Shown piece by piece: positions 31,993 through 42,566 of a DNA stretch of 64,000 nt (position 1 is the stretch's first letter; every line of letters starts with the position of its first letter). The stretch is from Verrucomicrobiia bacterium. Its GTDB lineage: Bacteria; Verrucomicrobiota; Verrucomicrobiia; Limisphaerales; UBA1319. The position numbers were made by a program, and so were the translations under genes. Under the pieces are notes generated by a model. The model was not told the origin of the DNA and searched no databases. It saw only the letters and a program-made list of their open reading frames with translations. The stretch spans positions 3,840,001 through 3,904,000 of the forward strand of contig OY760937.1 in assembly GCA_963664225.1 (NCBI GenBank), written 5' to 3'.

Positions 31993-32065
31993 TGCAACAG
32001 CCGTTAACACCAAAGGCGAATATGGCTTGTTTGACACTACAATTGGCGGCCTCTAATCTGCGCGC

Positions 32066-32383
32066 ATGGATTTGCGAGGGAAAAAGCTCGGTTTGCTGAT
32101 CAGTGTTGCGCCTGATCATCCCAATTTCGGTCACGGTCTGGGACTGGCTGCGGCGGCGTTGGCGGCTGGCGTGGATGTGTATCTGTATTGCCTGGATGAG
32201 GCAGTGCGCGGGGTGAGCGATCCCAGGTTGCAAACCTTGAAAGAGGCGGGGCTTAAATTGCACGCCTGCGCCTATGGGGCGCACCGGCGGCGGATTCCGC
32301 TCTCGGGCGACGCGGTGTTCGCGGGCCTGACTGTGGTGAGTGACCTGGCGGCGGGGACGGATCGTTTTTGCGCCTTCAATTAA
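32066..32383 (+). CDS. DsrE/TusD-like sulfur relay protein
   Basis: DsrE-type pattern (VYLYCLDEAV) and conserved Cys in LHACAYGA.RR. Confidence 0.75.
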   Translation: MDLRGKKLGLLISVAPDHPNFGHGLGLAAAALAAGVDVYLYCLDEAVRGVSDPRLQTLKEAGLKLHACAYGAHRRRIPLSGDAVFAGLTVVSDLAAGTDRFCAFN

Positions 32384-32384
32384 C

Positions 32385-32735
32385 ATGCCCCATAAATTGT
32401 TATTCATCATTGCCGGGGATCCACGATCCAGCGCGCGTCCCGCAGAGGCCATCCGTGTGGCCGCCGGTGTCGGCACATGGAAAAAGGTGGGCGTGACCGT
32501 GTATTTGCGAGGACCGGCGGTGCTGACGCTGGCCGAGTTTCCCGATGACTGGGTGGATGCGGATCATTACGAACATTATCTGCCCCTGCTGGGCGGGCTG
32601 GATGCGCCGGTTTATGTGTCGCAAGCCGAGCCGCTACTCGCGGAGTTGGGCGAGGCGCGTCTGCCCTACAAGGAGATCGACGATGCGGCCCTGGCGCGGC
32701 TTTGCGCAGAACACGACAGTGTCATGCGATTTTAA
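32385..32735 (+). CDS. DsrF/TusC-like protein
   Basis: KLLFII.GDP...AEAIRVAAG...VMRF; 1 nt after the DsrE-like gene. Confidence 0.6.
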   Translation: MPHKLLFIIAGDPRSSARPAEAIRVAAGVGTWKKVGVTVYLRGPAVLTLAEFPDDWVDADHYEHYLPLLGGLDAPVYVSQAEPLLAELGEARLPYKEIDDAALARLCAEHDSVMRF

Positions 32736-32737
32736 TC

Positions 32738-32929
32738 ATGAAACAGGTTTTGCATATTCTAACGCGCAAGGAAAACGATCTGTCCCGCATGATCATTGAA
32801 CGCCAACGCGCCATGGGTGAAAACGAAATGGCGATGGTGGTGGAAACGGCGGACCTGACCGTGTCGAAGCCGGATTATTCCGCGCTGCTGGAGAAAATCT
32901 TCAAGGCCGATTCCGTGTGTGTCTGGTAA
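32738..32929 (+). CDS. Small DsrH/TusB-like protein
   Basis: MKQVLHIL...DYSALLEKIFKADSVCVW resembles the DsrH termini (LH..; DY..W). Confidence 0.6.
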   Translation: MKQVLHILTRKENDLSRMIIERQRAMGENEMAMVVETADLTVSKPDYSALLEKIFKADSVCVW

Positions 32930-32966
32930 TGTGGCGAAAGGCCAGTCGGTAAAACTCAATCGGCCT

Positions 32967-35900
32967 TTACGAAATCAGGCGATATTGCCGGGTCCAGGGA
33001 TCGGTGCGGCAAATGTCTTTGGCATCGCAAAAATCACAGGCTGTTTTCGAGCCTTTTCGGTAAGGGGCCACAGTGGCATCCCCATTCAGAATACGCAGTC
33101 CAAAGTCCTTAATGAGCTGCGTGACCTGATCCAACTCCTGACGAAATTCTACTGAGCTCCGGCCATCGTTTTGGTTGCTCCAGGGTTTGCCTTCCTTCGT
33201 GAATTTAGCCTTGAACTGCCCGCTCGGGTTGGTGGATGCGTTCGCATCCAATTGTTCTAATGCGCCCAAATCAAACAGACCACGATGTTGCGCGGCTTCG
33301 CGGTGTTGCTCAAGCGGTGTCAGGTCGGCCTCCTCGCGGGTTTTGGCAGGTTCGTATTTACCACGAAGGTTGATGTAGAACGCCCCGGCGGGAATCAGTT
33401 CCGTGACACCCCATTTCGCGCAAGCGGGCTGGGCGGTGTTCTGTATCGCGGCCAGATAGGCGGGGAGTTGGATTTGGATTCCATTTCTTAGTAGAACGGC
33501 ATCGATCTTCTTATCGCTGGATTTGTAGTCCAATACCGTGAACTGGGCGCGGCCGTTGTCCGGGGACTTCCACAAATCCAACCGGTCGATTCTGCCGTTC
33601 AGTTCCACAGCGCGAGTCTCATCCAGGGGCAGCCGCCACGCAGGTAACCGCGGAGTCTTGCCGCCAAAGGAGAGTTCCACTTCGATCGGATCGAATTGGC
33701 AGGTGGTCATCCAATCGAGCGCGACTTCGATGAAATCCTGTAGCGCGGCCAGGAGTGTCTGCGCGCGAAATGCGGTTGCAGGACTGGATTGGAGCAGGCC
33801 GAACTGAAACCCGGCAATCACTTTGGCGCCGATTTCGCCAATCAACGCGCGGCCTTCCTGAGGCTGTAAATCGCGCCAACGCTTCTTGCGTTCCATCAGG
33901 GTATCGTGAAACTTCGCCAGAACATCGTGTTGGAAATTGCCCTGTTCGCGGGCGGCCAGTTCAAAACATTCGCGCTCGCGGCCGCGCATGCCCGCGCTGA
34001 CGAAAAAGCGGAAAGGACACATCGCAAAGGATTCGAGTTGCGAGATGGAGGTCCTGAGCGTGGCGCCATAAATCCGGGCAGCCTGTTCGGCGGAAAAGAC
34101 GGCGTCTTCCTTATATTCCGCCAAGGGGCGCAGGCGCTGTAGCAGCGGCTCGAGCATGGGAATAGGACTGGGGATGCGCGTGACTGCGGCATCAGCGGGG
34201 GCATCGGGTGCTGATTCCGCGCTGATGTCCGCGAGGAGTGGCGGGATTAATTCGCACGGATGTTCCGCATTGGAAATTACCGAGGCGGTGGAAAAGTCCT
34301 CGGATTTCAAATCCGGGAAGACCCGCCTTACCCGGCTCAGGAATGGCGAGGGATTGAGCGGTTTTTCCTGGGCGTCCCGCAATGAACTGGAGAGAACAAG
34401 GCGCGAGCGCGAGCGCGTGAGGGCGATGTAGCCCAGATAGCGTTCACGGGCCATGAGGGCGCGTTGATTCGATCCCAACGCGATGCCGTGGTCCGCGAGC
34501 AAACCACGATCGGTTTCGGAAAGCAGGCCGGAGGAGGTGGGGACCGCCGGAAAAACGGTTTCGTTGAGCCCCAGCACAATGGCGAGGTGGAGATCTGGAT
34601 TTCGCGAGCGATCCACAGTGCCGATGAGCACCTGGTCCAGCGCCGGAGGCACCACACCCACGGTGAGACCCGAAAGGCCCGCCTCGATGATGGGCAGCCA
34701 GTCGCGCAACGTGAGAGCGGTTTCGTCAAAGCCCTGCGTGAAATTCTCAAGCCAGGTGTGCATCTCGCGCCAGACCGTGGCGTGAACGGCACTGGACGTA
34801 CTGGAGGCATCGCGGCTCCAACGCTCGAGCGCCGCGCCCGCATCGATCTGCTGCCAGAATTCGCGCAGTGCTTCGGCAAGCTGGTTGCCGGTTGGTTTGT
34901 TGCCCAACGCCCGGGTCAACGTGGTGAACGGGGCCATCAGCCGCACACGCAAGTCCTCCAGCCGCTCGCTTTCGTCGGCATCTGTTGTTTCGATGCGCTG
35001 CTGCCATTGGTCCCCCTCCCAGCCCCGGGCGAGGGCCAGGTTTTCGAGCCAGTCGATCTCGTTTTCCGTGGCGCCGGCCAGTCCGGTTTTCAACGCGCCA
35101 AACCAGTCCTTGGGCGCCCAGTTAAAGGCCACTGTGCGCAGCGCGTTCCGCGTCAGTTCCGCGAGCGGGTGGTGCGCCACGGATTCGCGACGATCCAGGA
35201 AGCAGGGAATTTCATAGCGCTCAAATACCCGGCGCAACAGGTCCTTGTAACCATCGAAAGATCGCAGCAGCACCGCGCAATCGCGGTAACGATGACCCTT
35301 ACGCACGAAGCGCCGGATTTCACGGGCGGCCATGATGGTTTCCGCGGCGGGATTGGCACATTCGACCATGCGGATTGCGGAGGGATCGACGGGCGGCGGT
35401 GTGGCGGTGTTTGTCTGCGGCCTGGTCCACTCCTTTTCAAGCCGTGCCAGTGTGGACTGGTTGTCAAAGCGTCCCGGGTGTTGCCCGCGTACAAGAAGCT
35501 CGATCCGTGGCGACTCGCCCGCCGTGGCGCTCAGGTGCGCATGGCACTTTCGAAAGGCTTGTGCGGGGTGGGACCACGAGGAAAGCCAGGAGATTTCATC
35601 GTCGGTTTTATTCTCGATGCAGAAGGCCAGAGTCATGTCCCGGCAAGCGGGTGCGAGCGCGCTTAAAAGTTCCAGCTCCTGAGGGGTGAGTTCGGAAAAA
35701 CCATCCATCCAAAGCCCCTCAATGAGAAATGGAGTGCCTTTGGCATCCGAAGAAGTATTGCGCGACCATTGTTTCAAGGCGGCGGCGGCCAAACTTGGCA
35801 GTGCGTCGGAATCCTGCAGTTCCGTGGCCGTCATCCACTCGCGAAACGCAAGACCGATTTTTGAAATATCGCGCAACTTGCGGCCCAGGATGTGATTCGC

Positions 35901-36338
35901 GGGCCAGCGTTGCGCGGCCCCGGCAAGACCCTCGGGCGAATGGCCGTAGTGGTTGAATTCCTTCAGGATTTCGCTCAGTTCCAGCGCGAATCCAGGCTGG
36001 CGCGCGGTGCCGCCAAAAAGTTCCAGATTTCCCTGATGACGCATCAACAGCGCGCGCAGCACCATGACACGGCCTTCCTCGGAAAGGGGCGCGCGCACCG
36101 GCGCGTTGAGCGCGGCCAGCACCCAGTCGGCCAGGCGTTCAAAGGAGACAACGTGCAGTCGAACGTAACCGGCGACATTCGGGTCGCAGAGCAACTGGCG
36201 CTCGAGTTGAAACGTGGCCTGCTTGGGAGCCAGCAAAATCAGGGGAGGTCCGTCCGGCGAGGACGCCAGGCGCGCACGCACTTCGGCCAGACAATGAAAT
36301 GTCTTTCCGCTGCCTGCCGGTCCGAGGACAAACCGCAT
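32967..36338 (-). CDS. addB: AddB-like subunit of the AddAB helicase-nuclease
   Basis: GPAGSGKT, SISQLESFAMCPF, GRIDRLD...LDYKS, CDFC..IC Fe-S staple. Confidence 0.88.
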   Translation of the reverse strand: MRFVLGPAGSGKTFHCLAEVRARLASSPDGPPLILLAPKQATFQLERQLLCDPNVAGYVRLHVVSFERLADWVLAALNAPVRAPLSEEGRVMVLRALLMRHQGNLELFGGTARQPGFALELSEILKEFNHYGHSPEGLAGAAQRWPANHILGRKLRDISKIGLAFREWMTATELQDSDALPSLAAAALKQWSRNTSSDAKGTPFLIEGLWMDGFSELTPQELELLSALAPACRDMTLAFCIENKTDDEISWLSSWSHPAQAFRKCHAHLSATAGESPRIELLVRGQHPGRFDNQSTLARLEKEWTRPQTNTATPPPVDPSAIRMVECANPAAETIMAAREIRRFVRKGHRYRDCAVLLRSFDGYKDLLRRVFERYEIPCFLDRRESVAHHPLAELTRNALRTVAFNWAPKDWFGALKTGLAGATENEIDWLENLALARGWEGDQWQQRIETTDADESERLEDLRVRLMAPFTTLTRALGNKPTGNQLAEALREFWQQIDAGAALERWSRDASSTSSAVHATVWREMHTWLENFTQGFDETALTLRDWLPIIEAGLSGLTVGVVPPALDQVLIGTVDRSRNPDLHLAIVLGLNETVFPAVPTSSGLLSETDRGLLADHGIALGSNQRALMARERYLGYIALTRSRSRLVLSSSLRDAQEKPLNPSPFLSRVRRVFPDLKSEDFSTASVISNAEHPCELIPPLLADISAESAPDAPADAAVTRIPSPIPMLEPLLQRLRPLAEYKEDAVFSAEQAARIYGATLRTSISQLESFAMCPFRFFVSAGMRGRERECFELAAREQGNFQHDVLAKFHDTLMERKKRWRDLQPQEGRALIGEIGAKVIAGFQFGLLQSSPATAFRAQTLLAALQDFIEVALDWMTTCQFDPIEVELSFGGKTPRLPAWRLPLDETRAVELNGRIDRLDLWKSPDNGRAQFTVLDYKSSDKKIDAVLLRNGIQIQLPAYLAAIQNTAQPACAKWGVTELIPAGAFYINLRGKYEPAKTREEADLTPLEQHREAAQHRGLFDLGALEQLDANASTNPSGQFKAKFTKEGKPWSNQNDGRSSVEFRQELDQVTQLIKDFGLRILNGDATVAPYRKGSKTACDFCDAKDICRTDPWTRQYRLIS

Positions 36339-36512
36339 ATTCACACCTTTCCCAATAGCATGTACAATGGGGATCAAGCGAGCTTAAAAGAATCTTGATT
36401 ATGCAAAATATTCATATGGATGGGCAGGACGAACAGGATCAGAAAAGCACTCTGTTTATCATGCATATCCTTGTGAGAATTCTTTCCCTAACTGGGCGTT
36501 CAGGGAGGATTA

Positions 36513-37067
36513 TTACACAGGGGTCACCGGACCGCGTTCGCCGGTCACCAGCATGAATTCGTGGAGGACATGTTCGGCGACTTGCTTGATCGCGCGAAAG
36601 TCGGTGTTCACCATGATGTCCGCCTGTTTGTAGAACGGCGCCCGGACTGCGAGCAGAGTCTGAATGCGCTGTCGGGGATCGGCGTCATGGAGCAGGGGAC
36701 GATGGGTATTGCGACTGGCCCTTCGCCAAATGGTTTCTTCACCCGCCCAAAGGCAGACGATCAGCGCGTGTTCCTTGAGTTGTGCCAGGCAGTCCGCATT
36801 CGCAGCCAGACCGCCGCCGGTCGAAATCACGGTGCGGGACAATCCAGCCAGTTCACGCACCACATCCCGCTCGTATTCACGGAACCTCGCTTCACCATCC
36901 TGCTCGAAAATTTCGCTGATTCGCCGGTTGCACCGGGCTTCGATAAGGGCGTCGGTATCCACGAATTCAAAATCCAGTCGGCGCGCAAGCCAGCGGCCCA
37001 CCGAGGATTTCCCGGTGGCCATGAAACCGATCAGCGCAAGATTGCGCATTTGCCGCGGTTGGCCCAT
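36513..37067 (-). CDS. aroK: Shikimate kinase
   Basis: LIGFMATGKS, DTD, GEARFR, STGGG, RPLL. Confidence 0.95.
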   Translation of the reverse strand: MGQPRQMRNLALIGFMATGKSSVGRWLARRLDFEFVDTDALIEARCNRRISEIFEQDGEARFREYERDVVRELAGLSRTVISTGGGLAANADCLAQLKEHALIVCLWAGEETIWRRASRNTHRPLLHDADPRQRIQTLLAVRAPFYKQADIMVNTDFRAIKQVAEHVLHEFMLVTGERGPVTPV

Positions 37068-37252
37068 CTCTAACCCATACTTTACACCCGCGCCGAAAGC
37101 ACGCCAAAACTTGCGACAGTCAAAACCTGCTGAACGGGTCGGCAATGATTCATTCGCAACGCAAACCAGGGGGACGACCCGGGGTGAATATGAAATTCAA
37201 AATCCGCAGAATGTAATTGACCACATCCATAAAAGTATGGTATTAAGACGTT

Positions 37253-39970
37253 ATGAAAGTGACTTCACTTTTACAAAGGCTGGCTTCCGTGTTCCTGCTG
37301 GGTGTTGGGTTGCAATCATTTCAAAGCTCCGCCCAGGTCGCCATTGGAATTCAAAGGGAAGGGGACCAGATCAACCTCATGGCGCCCGCCAGTCTGGATA
37401 TTCCGCTGCAAGGCCAGGTGTTTCCCGAATACACCGTCCAGCGCAGCCGGGATCTGATGAACTGGGAACCCGTCGGCGGCAAAGTCCGCGGGATCAGCGG
37501 GGTTTCTGGATCGCAGCTCACCATGTCGCTAATGCCGGACAACGATCCCGGTTTTTACCGGGTGATTGTTTCGACCAATTCGGTCACCTCCCAGCAAACC
37601 GGGGCGGGCGGCGCCGAGGTGTTTGGCTATGGCAGTCGTTTCTCGGAAGAATTGGCGAAACTGGGCCTTCTGTCCGTGGATGCCTTTGCCGCCAACTGGC
37701 CGCAACCGGCGTATTTACCTCAAATCACATGGGATCCCACCACGGCGGCTTACTGGACCAATTTCAACACGGATCCCGCCGTGTGGAACGCAACTTATTC
37801 CACCAACACGCAGAAACCCCGTCTGACAGATTTTAGATTGGATCCAGCCGAAATGGCGATTTTTAGGAAGCACGGTTTTGTGGTCAGCGAACGGCTGGGG
37901 TCCCCGAGTTTTGCGCACAGTTATTACCGTATTTTCACGGATGATTTGCCTGTTTTCATCACGTCAGATTCCGTGCTGCATGCCTGGCATCGAACCTACG
38001 CTGGGATGCTGGAGGAGATGGAAGAGTTGCAGATGGCCACCTTGCTGGAGGAAGTCCTCACCAACATGTCGGCGCAGTTGCCGACGGTCTGGGAGCAATA
38101 TGGCAAAGGGCCACTGCAGAACAGCATTCTCGATGCGGATTATTATCTATGTGTAGCGCGAAGCCTGCTGGACGGGAGCCAGGTTCCCAGTGCGTTGGGA
38201 ATTTCCTCTCAGGACCTGACTGTGGCGACAGCATTGAATGCCGTTAGGGGCCAAGTTTACTACCCGTCTTTTCCGTTATTAGGTTCAAGGCGCGCCGTGG
38301 ACTTTTCACAATTCAAAGTCCGCGGTCATTACACAAACTCGGAGCGTTTAAGCCGTTATTTTCAGGCGATGATGTGGTGCGGACGGATTGATTTCCGGTT
38401 GGCAGTTTTTCAGCCGAATATATATCCGATACGTTACGAGGATCCTATTCGCCAAATGGGAACGGTCGTGGTTCTGAATCATCTCATGAAGCAATCCAAT
38501 CAATTCGAGAATTGGGCCACAATGGAGGATATCATACGCCAATTCGTCGGCATTACCGATTCGATGACTTTTGCCCAACTGGATGGATTGCTGAGCGCGG
38601 CCAGCATTCAGTCACCTGCCGACGTTCCAAGTTTGACCACACTCACCAATTTGCAAACGCGCCTGTTGACCGGCGAATTGGGCCTGCAAAGTGTGCGTGG
38701 GGATGTCTTCTATTCCCCCCTGAGCCGTGAACAAATCAAATTGCCGAGATCGTTTACTTTCTGCGGACAGAAATTTGTCATGGATAGCTGGGCCTTCAGC
38801 CAGGTCACCTTTGATTCAATCCTCTGGTCGCCAGATCAGGCGGGCAAAGTCATGTATGGAAAAGTATGGCGGCGCAAACCCAGTTGTCTGGATGTCGCAT
38901 TTTCGATTCTCGGCAACGATCAGGTGGTGCCGGATTTGGTCGCACGAATTAAAAATGTCAACGGCGTGTCATTCCGGGATGGGTTGCCTTATCAGCACAA
39001 TCTGTCCGCCGTCAGGAATGTGATCGACAGCCAGGATGCGGGCATCTGGACCAACAACATTTACACCGCCTGGCTCGGAGCGCTTCGCGCTCTTTCAGCG
39101 CCCACGGTGGACTCCAAATATCCCGAAGCGATGCGGACGCGCGCTTGGGCCAATAAAACACTGAATACCCAGCTTGCCTCCTGGACCGAACTGCGTCATG
39201 ACACGTTGCTATATGTGAAACAATCCTACACAGGGGTGAGTTTATGCGGTTATCCTGCAGGATTTGTGGAGCCGCGTCCGGAATTCTGGCAGCGAATGGC
39301 CGACATGGCTGAATTGACAGCAGGAGCCATTTCCAATCTCTCGCTTTCGGGGTCGGTAACTCTGCCACGCGAGTCTTTTGGCTCCGTTAACATGCAACAG
39401 TATGACCTTGGTTCGGTTAAAGCGTCCCAAATCACCTTTCTGGCAAACTTTGCGGCGCAAATGCGGATTCTTAAAAGCATTTCTGAAAAGGAATTGGCCC
39501 AGCAGCCACTTAGCCAGGTGGAAACAGAATTCCTGCAGAACACCATGGAATTAACCTCATCTTACAGTTCCGATTCGCGCAAGTATAACGGTTGGTATCC
39601 AAACCTTTTCTACAGCAGATTATACGAGAACTTCGGTGTTCCCCATAGTGAGGGATCGGACAAATGGGACGCGATGGTGACCGATGTTCACACCGATGGG
39701 AGTGACATGCTGAGTGGCGATCCGGGCGCAGTCATTCATGAAGGGATCGGCCACGTCCATCTGATGATGATTGCAATCGATAATGGCCCGGATCGCATGG
39801 TCTATGCCGGTCCGGTGCTCAGTCATTATGAGTTCGAAATGCCTGGGATAACACGCATGACCGATGAGGAATGGAAAACCAACCTCAGAGGAGGAACGAA
39901 ACCCGCATCACCGGAGTGGACCCAATCCTATCTTGTTCCGGCGAATTACACGCTTCCGCAAGGCTATTAG
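37253..39970 (+). CDS. Secreted DUF3160-like protein
   Basis: Signal peptide; PVFITSDSVLHAWH, DFSQFKVRGHYT, LNTQLASWTELRHDTLLYVKQSY, GPVLSHYEF. Confidence 0.8.
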   Translation: MKVTSLLQRLASVFLLGVGLQSFQSSAQVAIGIQREGDQINLMAPASLDIPLQGQVFPEYTVQRSRDLMNWEPVGGKVRGISGVSGSQLTMSLMPDNDPGFYRVIVSTNSVTSQQTGAGGAEVFGYGSRFSEELAKLGLLSVDAFAANWPQPAYLPQITWDPTTAAYWTNFNTDPAVWNATYSTNTQKPRLTDFRLDPAEMAIFRKHGFVVSERLGSPSFAHSYYRIFTDDLPVFITSDSVLHAWHRTYAGMLEEMEELQMATLLEEVLTNMSAQLPTVWEQYGKGPLQNSILDADYYLCVARSLLDGSQVPSALGISSQDLTVATALNAVRGQVYYPSFPLLGSRRAVDFSQFKVRGHYTNSERLSRYFQAMMWCGRIDFRLAVFQPNIYPIRYEDPIRQMGTVVVLNHLMKQSNQFENWATMEDIIRQFVGITDSMTFAQLDGLLSAASIQSPADVPSLTTLTNLQTRLLTGELGLQSVRGDVFYSPLSREQIKLPRSFTFCGQKFVMDSWAFSQVTFDSILWSPDQAGKVMYGKVWRRKPSCLDVAFSILGNDQVVPDLVARIKNVNGVSFRDGLPYQHNLSAVRNVIDSQDAGIWTNNIYTAWLGALRALSAPTVDSKYPEAMRTRAWANKTLNTQLASWTELRHDTLLYVKQSYTGVSLCGYPAGFVEPRPEFWQRMADMAELTAGAISNLSLSGSVTLPRESFGSVNMQQYDLGSVKASQITFLANFAAQMRILKSISEKELAQQPLSQVETEFLQNTMELTSSYSSDSRKYNGWYPNLFYSRLYENFGVPHSEGSDKWDAMVTDVHTDGSDMLSGDPGAVIHEGIGHVHLMMIAIDNGPDRMVYAGPVLSHYEFEMPGITRMTDEEWKTNLRGGTKPASPEWTQSYLVPANYTLPQGY

Positions 39971-40012
39971 TTTGCTCTCGCTCAATGCACGAAATGCACG
40001 TAAACTCACTCA

Positions 40013-40234
40013 GTGATGCAGGATTCTGAACCATTGCCCATGAAAATGGTCGGCCGCAAACCTTCGACAGGAGGCTTGGAAGCGGCCAGCGGTTTTTTGG
40101 AGATGATCGTCGCCCTGCGCGGGGACAAACCCTTTCTCCCGAAAGGGGTTTACCGGTTCAAATCGTTTGAGGAGGCTGACCAATGGTCATTGGAGATGAT
40201 GACGCGTCAAAAAGCGCGCGCCCCCCAACAATAG
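40013..40234 (+). CDS. Small hypothetical protein, partner of the nucleotidyltransferase
   Basis: 73 aa with PKGVYRFKSFEEADQW; overlaps the next gene. Confidence 0.6.
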   Translation: MMQDSEPLPMKMVGRKPSTGGLEAASGFLEMIVALRGDKPFLPKGVYRFKSFEEADQWSLEMMTRQKARAPQQ

Positions 40235-40671
40235 ACGATTTGCTACGCTTGTGCGGCGAGCTGAATGCTCGTAGCGCAAAGTATCTGGTTATTGGCGGGA
40301 TGGCGATCATCCAGCACGGCTTTGTTAGAGGCACTGAGGATATCGATCTTCTCATCGATTCTTCCCCAGAGAATTTCGAAAAGGTTCGTGCTGCCATGTT
40401 GACGCTGCCCGACGGGGCGGTTCGTGATGTGGAGCCGGGCGACTTGGACAAATATATCGTGGTCCGGGTTGGGGATGAGTTCGTTATCGACCTGATGAAG
40501 CTGGCATGTGGGATTGCTTACTCTGAAGCAAGCAAGGATGCCGTAATTGTCACGATAAGAGGCGTCGCAATCCCATTTGCTTCACCAAGGATGCTGCTGC
40601 GCTTGAAGCAGACTGATCGTGAGAAAGATGCCCTCGACCGTGCTTTTCTTACCAGGTTGCTACAAATCTGA
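40183..40671 (+). CDS. Nucleotidyltransferase-fold protein (DUF6036-like)
   Basis: YLVIGG.A...HG..R.TEDIDL and K..T.REKD..D motifs. Confidence 0.8.
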   Translation: MVIGDDDASKSARPPTIDDLLRLCGELNARSAKYLVIGGMAIIQHGFVRGTEDIDLLIDSSPENFEKVRAAMLTLPDGAVRDVEPGDLDKYIVVRVGDEFVIDLMKLACGIAYSEASKDAVIVTIRGVAIPFASPRMLLRLKQTDREKDALDRAFLTRLLQI

Positions 40672-40673
40672 CC

Positions 40674-41780
40674 TCACGTATTCCTCACAAACAATTTTCC
40701 GGGCAATTGTTTGGCAAGACGCTTCATTTCCAGACTGAGCAGGGCGACCGAGGTTGGCGCAGCTCCTAGGCCGGTTTCGCGAATGATTTCGTCCATGTGC
40801 TTCTCGGATTCGCAGAGGGTGGCCAGGGCTTTTTGCTCATTTTCCGAAAGAGTCATCGTGGCGAGCCGTGACTGGGCTTCCTCGGGACCGGGGCGGTTGG
40901 CGGCAGGGAAGAGATATTCGAACTCGCTGAGGATGTCCCCGGCGCTTTCACAGAGTTTGGCCCCATTCTTGATGAGATCGTGACAACCCTTGCTGCGGGG
41001 AGAATCGATGCGCCCGGGGATGGCAAAAACCTGTCGGCCATAGTTGGCAGCCATGTTCGCCGTGATGAGCGCGCCGCTGGTAAGATTGGCCTCCACCACG
41101 AGCGTGCCCAGGGTCATGCCGGCAACAATGCGATTGCGGATGGGGAAGGTCTGCTTGTCAGCCTTTCGGTTGAAGGGGAACTGGGTGATCACGGCCCCGC
41201 TGGCGGCGCAACGTTCGAACAGTTCGATGTTCTCGGAAGGAAACACAATATTCAGACCGGTCCCAAGGACTACAACCGTGCGTCCTTTGGCGCTGAGCGC
41301 GCCCTGATGTGCGGCGGTGTCGATGCCTCGGGCCCCACCGCTGACTACGGTCACCCCGGCAAAGGATAACTGATAGGCCATCCTGCGCGCAGTCTCGATT
41401 CCGTAGGGCGTGGTCAGGCGGGAGCCGACCATGGCGATGGCGTTTTTATCCGAGGGTAACAGGCTGCCTTTGACGTAGAGCGCGATGGGCGGGTCGTAAA
41501 TCTCACGCAGCAGCTCCGGGTATTCAGGGTCGGACTGGATCACCACATGGCAGCCGTAATCTCCAATCCGTTTCAATTCCGCGTCCAGATCCACGGTGTC
41601 GCGCCAATGGGCAATGGCGTTGGCAGTCTCCTCGCCGATGCCGTTGACACAGGCGAGGCGGGATTGCGAGGCGGCGAGAATGGTCGGGGCGTCTCCAAAA
41701 GAATCGAGCAAATGGCGGAGGCGGATGGGGCCGACGCCTTCGACCATATTCAACGCGACAATAGCTTCCCGGGATTCCAT
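40674..41780 (-). CDS. dprA: DNA-processing protein DprA
   Basis: AMVGSR, VSGGARGIDTAAH, FPIRNRIVAG, SGALITA, C-terminal winged helix. Confidence 0.96.
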   Translation of the reverse strand: MESREAIVALNMVEGVGPIRLRHLLDSFGDAPTILAASQSRLACVNGIGEETANAIAHWRDTVDLDAELKRIGDYGCHVVIQSDPEYPELLREIYDPPIALYVKGSLLPSDKNAIAMVGSRLTTPYGIETARRMAYQLSFAGVTVVSGGARGIDTAAHQGALSAKGRTVVVLGTGLNIVFPSENIELFERCAASGAVITQFPFNRKADKQTFPIRNRIVAGMTLGTLVVEANLTSGALITANMAANYGRQVFAIPGRIDSPRSKGCHDLIKNGAKLCESAGDILSEFEYLFPAANRPGPEEAQSRLATMTLSENEQKALATLCESEKHMDEIIRETGLGAAPTSVALLSLEMKRLAKQLPGKLFVRNT

Positions 41781-41885
41781 GCACGTGTATTAGCTGGAGC
41801 ATGATAATTTCGCAAGGGAGAACAGACCGGTTCGCCTGCTCAATGGCTGCTTGCTTTTTGGGGCGGAACGGGTAGCCTCTGAATT

Positions 41886-42566
41886 GTGGTAAAACTGGTA
41901 CTATTTGATGTGGATGGCACCCTGATTCGCACTCAGGGGGCTGGTATCAAGGCTTTTGAACGGACTTTTGCCTCGGAATTCAAGCTTTCCGGGGCAACGG
42001 ACGGCGTTGAATTTGCGGGACGCACGGATCCGTCGATCGTCCGGGAAGTGTTTGCCCAATGCAAAATTGAACCTTCGCCGGAGAATTTTAAGCGTTTTTT
42101 TGGCACGTATGTATTCTGGTTGGACCATCTGTTGAGCAAAACCAACGGCGGCATTTGCGTGGGGGTATGGAATTTCATCAACGGCCTGATGTCGATGCCG
42201 GTTCCTCCCATGCTGGGTTTGTTGACCGGAAATATCCGGTTGGGCGCGGAAATCAAGCTGCGGTATTTTCATCTGTGGGAGCAGTTTCAAACTGGCGCGT
42301 TCGGGGACGATGACGAAAATCGGGATCACCTGGCCGGACTGGCGCAGAAGCGAGCCTCCAGCAAACTGGGCGTTCCCTTGTCAGGGTCGGAAATTCTGGT
42401 TGTAGGGGATACGCCGTTGGATATTCAATGTGCTCGGGCCATTCAAGCCAAAGTGATTGCGGTGGGCACCGGCGGCTATACGCTGGATGAACTCAAACCG
42501 TTCAAAGCAGACTGGTTGGTGGCCAATTTAAGCGAGGTCAACGCAACCGCGGTTTGCGGCGCGTAA
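41886..42566 (+). CDS. HAD-superfamily hydrolase
   Basis: LFDVDGTL, LLTGN, VVGDTPLD. Confidence 0.9.
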   Translation: MVKLVLFDVDGTLIRTQGAGIKAFERTFASEFKLSGATDGVEFAGRTDPSIVREVFAQCKIEPSPENFKRFFGTYVFWLDHLLSKTNGGICVGVWNFINGLMSMPVPPMLGLLTGNIRLGAEIKLRYFHLWEQFQTGAFGDDDENRDHLAGLAQKRASSKLGVPLSGSEILVVGDTPLDIQCARAIQAKVIAVGTGGYTLDELKPFKADWLVANLSEVNATAVCGA

